From assembly GCA_965218435.1 (NCBI GenBank), contig CBDCKW010000005.1, positions 256,001 through 320,000 on the forward strand: 64,000 nt of DNA. The letters are read 5' to 3'. Each line of letters opens with the position of its first letter. Positions within the stretch are counted from its first letter, which is position 1. Under the pieces are notes generated by a model that worked only from the letters and a program-made list of their open reading frames with translations, did no database searches and was not told the origin of the DNA. Below, piece after piece: positions 60,827 through 64,000 of the stretch. This DNA is from Truepera sp. (GTDB lineage Bacteria > Deinococcota > Deinococci > Deinococcales > Trueperaceae). The position numbers and the translations under genes are program-made.

Positions 60827-62407
60827 ATGAAGTACATCGTTTGGTTTATGCTCGCTGTAGCACCCTTGTTTCAGGCTGGCGCGCAGTCCGCGACACTTCG
60901 GCTGGCCGACTGGCCGCTCGCTGGGATGCCGACGGCTGAAGAGCAGGCGACGAGTCCTTCGTCAAAAGCGTATGCCGAGGTGCTCACCAGCTGGTTAGAG
61001 GCCAACCCCGACGTGTCGCTCGAGACCATCTCGTTCAGCCAATGGGATCAGCAGGCGCTCGTCACCGGGATTTCGGGCGGCGCGGTCTCGACGTATTATC
61101 CCGGTCAGGTGCTGGGGGGCTGGAACCCGGTGGCGATGCACACCGCCTTTAAGCAGGGGTTGGCCGCCGACGTAACTGAGCTGGTCGAAAAGTACGGCGT
61201 GTTAGACGAGATCAGCCCCGAAGCTCGAGTGTTCTACGAGAACGAGCGGCTCGAGGGACGCTTCTACGGGCTTCCGGTTGATTTCACCGTTTCTCAGGGC
61301 ATCTACTACCGTAAGGATTTGGTCGAGCAGCTAGGCCTCGAGGAGCCCCATCCCGGCTGGACCTGGGAGGAGTTTCTTACGTTGGCCGCCGGATTGACCT
61401 CCGCCGACGAGGGCCGTGTCGGCGCGACGATTCAGGACTGGTTACCGCTAGAGCACGTCAACTCAGCGGGCAAGATAGTTGAGGAGGTACCCGCCCCCGA
61501 AACGAACTGGAACACCGCCTGGGTGCGGTCGCCGAGCTTTGACAGAGGAGTCGAGATTTTAGAGGGTTGGCGCAAGGCCATCTACGACGACAAAACCGTG
61601 CGGATCAGTCAAAACGCGGGCGATGAGGAACGCGCCACGCAGTTTATCAACGGTCAGGCCGGGATGTGGGCGGCAACGCCGAACTGGTACACCCGCTCGA
61701 GCACAGATGAGTTCGCCATGTCGAACCTCGCCGACCGGCTCGGCCGACCCGTCGAAGAGGTCGTAGGCTGGGTTGAGTTCCCCCGTGCGGAGAGCGGCGT
61801 CCCGACCCAAGGCCCGCTGGTCTTTTTGGCGTCGGTGGACCCGAACCTGAGTGAAACCGGTACTGACAAGGCCGTTGCCTTCTTTAATTACATGGTCTAC
61901 GGCGAGGGAGCCGACCGGCAGAAGCAGCTCATCTTTGAGGCGACCCGAGACGCCCGCTACGTCTATCCCGACCCTTACGGTCCCGATCAGGTCGAGGGCA
62001 TCCCCGTCTCCAAAGCTGACGTCTGGGGCGAAGGGTTTGTCGAGAACGTGGAGGCCGCCGCCTCGAACCCCATAGCACCGAACAAAAACGATTATGTTCC
62101 GGCTGAAGCCAATCCCGGTCCCAGTACCCAAGCACTCACCGACGCCTACAACACAGTGATTTACACCGAGGGTGAGCTGGACATCGCCGCCGAATATCAG
62201 CGCGCTTTAGACGTGGTGAACCAGACCGCGCAGGGCTACACCTCGAGCGTCCCCGACGAGGAGCTGCGCGCCGGAATGGCCGAATACTACGACGCGCTGT
62301 TGGCGTTCTACCAGGAGAACTACCCGGTGTACTACGAAAGCGTGCAGAAGCCACTTTACGACGAGTACATAGCTCCTGCCCTCGGCGACACCACCGCCAG
62401 CCGCTAA
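60827..62407 (+). CDS. Carbohydrate ABC transporter substrate-binding protein
   Basis: Signal peptide; G.FYGLP...YYRKDL..LGL..P..WTWEEF. Confidence 0.88.
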   Translation: MKYIVWFMLAVAPLFQAGAQSATLRLADWPLAGMPTAEEQATSPSSKAYAEVLTSWLEANPDVSLETISFSQWDQQALVTGISGGAVSTYYPGQVLGGWNPVAMHTAFKQGLAADVTELVEKYGVLDEISPEARVFYENERLEGRFYGLPVDFTVSQGIYYRKDLVEQLGLEEPHPGWTWEEFLTLAAGLTSADEGRVGATIQDWLPLEHVNSAGKIVEEVPAPETNWNTAWVRSPSFDRGVEILEGWRKAIYDDKTVRISQNAGDEERATQFINGQAGMWAATPNWYTRSSTDEFAMSNLADRLGRPVEEVVGWVEFPRAESGVPTQGPLVFLASVDPNLSETGTDKAVAFFNYMVYGEGADRQKQLIFEATRDARYVYPDPYGPDQVEGIPVSKADVWGEGFVENVEAAASNPIAPNKNDYVPAEANPGPSTQALTDAYNTVIYTEGELDIAAEYQRALDVVNQTAQGYTSSVPDEELRAGMAEYYDALLAFYQENYPVYYESVQKPLYDEYIAPALGDTTASR

Positions 62408-62428
62408 TTTGGTCCGTCCTGCAAGAGG

Positions 62429-63415
62429 GTGGGGTATGAGCCCTACCCTGAACCACGAGGAGCCCGTGTGAAGTCACCCATTGCCGGAAGCCCTGACCTG
62501 CCGAGCGAAAACCAGACCAGCGTGGTGCCTGCGGCTCCGGCGAAGCAGGCACCACGCACCTTAAGCCGCCGCAACCGTTTCGAGAGCGCCCTCTTTACCC
62601 TGCCCGCCTTTTTATTTCAGCTCTCTTGGGGCTGGTACCCGCTACTGATCGCTTTTTTGATCACTTTTACAAACGCCCCTATGATCGGTTCCCCGCAGTT
62701 CGTCGGCTTGCAGAACTACCAGCGCGTCTGGAACGACCCGCTCGTCGCCGACGCCTTTCGGGTCACGCTCATCTATGCAGTGCTCTCTATCTTGCTGACG
62801 TTCGTCATCCCGATCATTGTGGCCGTCTTCTTGATGGAGATGCCCAGACGCCACCTGCGCTGGATGATGACGCTCTGGTTTTTGCCGCTTTCGGGAATCG
62901 CCAGTGCTGTGCTCTGGCGCTACTTTTACGACCGCGACATCGGTATTATTCAGCAACTTTTCACCGCTCTCGGCCTGCCCCGGCAGCAACTCCTGTTCGA
63001 CCCCAACCTGGTCCTCTTCTGGCTGATCGTGCCGGGGTTTTTGCTCTTCGGGCCAGGGCTCATCTATATGGCGACGCTCCAGAGCGTGCCGCAGAGCTAC
63101 TACGAAGCGGCTGAGGTCGAGGGCGCGCGGTTTTGGCGCAAGGTTTGGACCATCTCGCTGCCGCGTCTGCGCCCCATCATCGCTATGATGCTCACCTTCG
63201 CCATCATCGGCTCTTTGCAGACCTTTGAGTGGCCGCTCCTGATGACCGGTGGCGGTCCCGGTGGAGCCAGCCGCACGGTGGTCATCTACATCTACGACAA
63301 GCTCAAGATGCTCAACTACGCGGACGCCACCACACTGTCGGTCTATCTTTTTTTGGTCATCATGGCGCTGGTGGTTGCCTATAACACCTTTTTCAAGGCG
63401 GACCCCGACAAGTGA
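62429..63415 (+). CDS. Carbohydrate ABC permease
   Basis: FVGLQNY, LQSVP..YYEAAEVEGA..W, TGGGP. Confidence 0.92.
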   Translation: MGYEPYPEPRGARVKSPIAGSPDLPSENQTSVVPAAPAKQAPRTLSRRNRFESALFTLPAFLFQLSWGWYPLLIAFLITFTNAPMIGSPQFVGLQNYQRVWNDPLVADAFRVTLIYAVLSILLTFVIPIIVAVFLMEMPRRHLRWMMTLWFLPLSGIASAVLWRYFYDRDIGIIQQLFTALGLPRQQLLFDPNLVLFWLIVPGFLLFGPGLIYMATLQSVPQSYYEAAEVEGARFWRKVWTISLPRLRPIIAMMLTFAIIGSLQTFEWPLLMTGGGPGGASRTVVIYIYDKLKMLNYADATTLSVYLFLVIMALVVAYNTFFKADPDK

Positions 63416-63485
63416 GGGTGCTCGGGGCTTCGACGAAGGGCACCGTTTCGTGCTGAACTATCTACCAAGCCTTAAGGAGGGTTAA

Positions 63486-64000
63486 GTGGCGCTATTCCCC
63501 ACGGTTGGCCGCAAGCAGCCCCGGTTACGCATCAGTTGGTGGCTGCTGGTGGCGTTCTTGCTGCTCGGCATCCTCTTACACCTATTTCCCTTCTACTTCA
63601 TGATCATCACCTCGTTCAAGGCGGCGCGTGAGGTGTTCGCCACGCCGCCGACTTGGTGGCCGGAGAACTTCACCACTGCCGCCTGGGAGTTGGTCTACCG
63701 GATCGCTACCGGGCAGGTCGCCGCCGTCTTGCCCTATCCGTTCTGGGTCTACCTTAAAAACTCGTTTATCCTGACCTTCGGCACGCTGCTTATCTCGTTG
63801 CCGGTCACCTCGCTGGCAGCCTACGCCAACAGCAAACTTCAGCGCGGTAGGGTCGCGCGCTGGTCGTTTCTATTTTTTATCGGCACCATCATGGTACCCG
63901 CCGTGGTGACGCTCATCCCGTCGTTCTTGCTGACGCGCAACTTTCCTTTCGCCCTGTCAACAGTACCCCTGATTCCCGGAACCGAAACACCTTTTCCAAC
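63486..64000 (+). CDS. Carbohydrate ABC permease 2 (runs off the window)
   Basis: AAGGAGG+GTG; PFYFMIITSFK...PPT.WP...NS...AAYA. Confidence 0.88.
   Translation, partial: MALFPTVGRKQPRLRISWWLLVAFLLLGILLHLFPFYFMIITSFKAAREVFATPPTWWPENFTTAAWELVYRIATGQVAAVLPYPFWVYLKNSFILTFGTLLISLPVTSLAAYANSKLQRGRVARWSFLFFIGTIMVPAVVTLIPSFLLTRNFPFALSTVPLIPGTETPFP

Noticed and set aside
1..64000. CRISPR array, tRNA or rRNA genes
   Set aside because: No regularly spaced direct repeats or recognisable structural RNA genes found by eye

Overview
Bacterial DNA of roughly 55-60% GC by eye. It is most consistent with Deinococcota (Trueperaceae-like), inferred from an SLH-coiled-coil-beta-barrel S-layer gene, apparently leaderless promoters, Uma2 and abundant CTCGAG. 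The window has four zones. (1) 1-29.6 kb is a dense array of small detox/stress-type genes: three ArsR-SRPBCC modules with visible operators, several DHFR/RibD-C proteins, DUF1579, DUF998, ABM, alpha/beta hydrolases, MFS, GNAT, APH-like kinases, a BaeSR-like two-component pair and TetR. Many are pseudogenes. (2) 29.6-40.1 kb is a scrambled decay zone of fused gene fragments plus IS200, IS982 and IS5-family elements. (3) 40.2-52.6 kb is a leftward gene run resembling the early (leading) region of a conjugative element. It holds orphan proteins, a DarG/TARG1-like macrodomain, a Xre-RES toxin-antitoxin pair and a partial PRTRC prokaryotic ubiquitin-like cassette (F, B, ThiF), and two complete group II introns sit inside it. 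Removing intron 1 (41912-44320) rejoins PRTRC protein F exactly in frame. Intron 2 (47156-49550) sits in a hidden 19-nt exon, and its RT carries one amber codon. (4) 52.9-64 kb has a Uma2 pseudogene, a broken SlpA-like surface locus, a degraded IS3, and a GH20 / GntR-LacI / sugar ABC locus running off the right edge. All family calls are by motif recognition; no searches were run.
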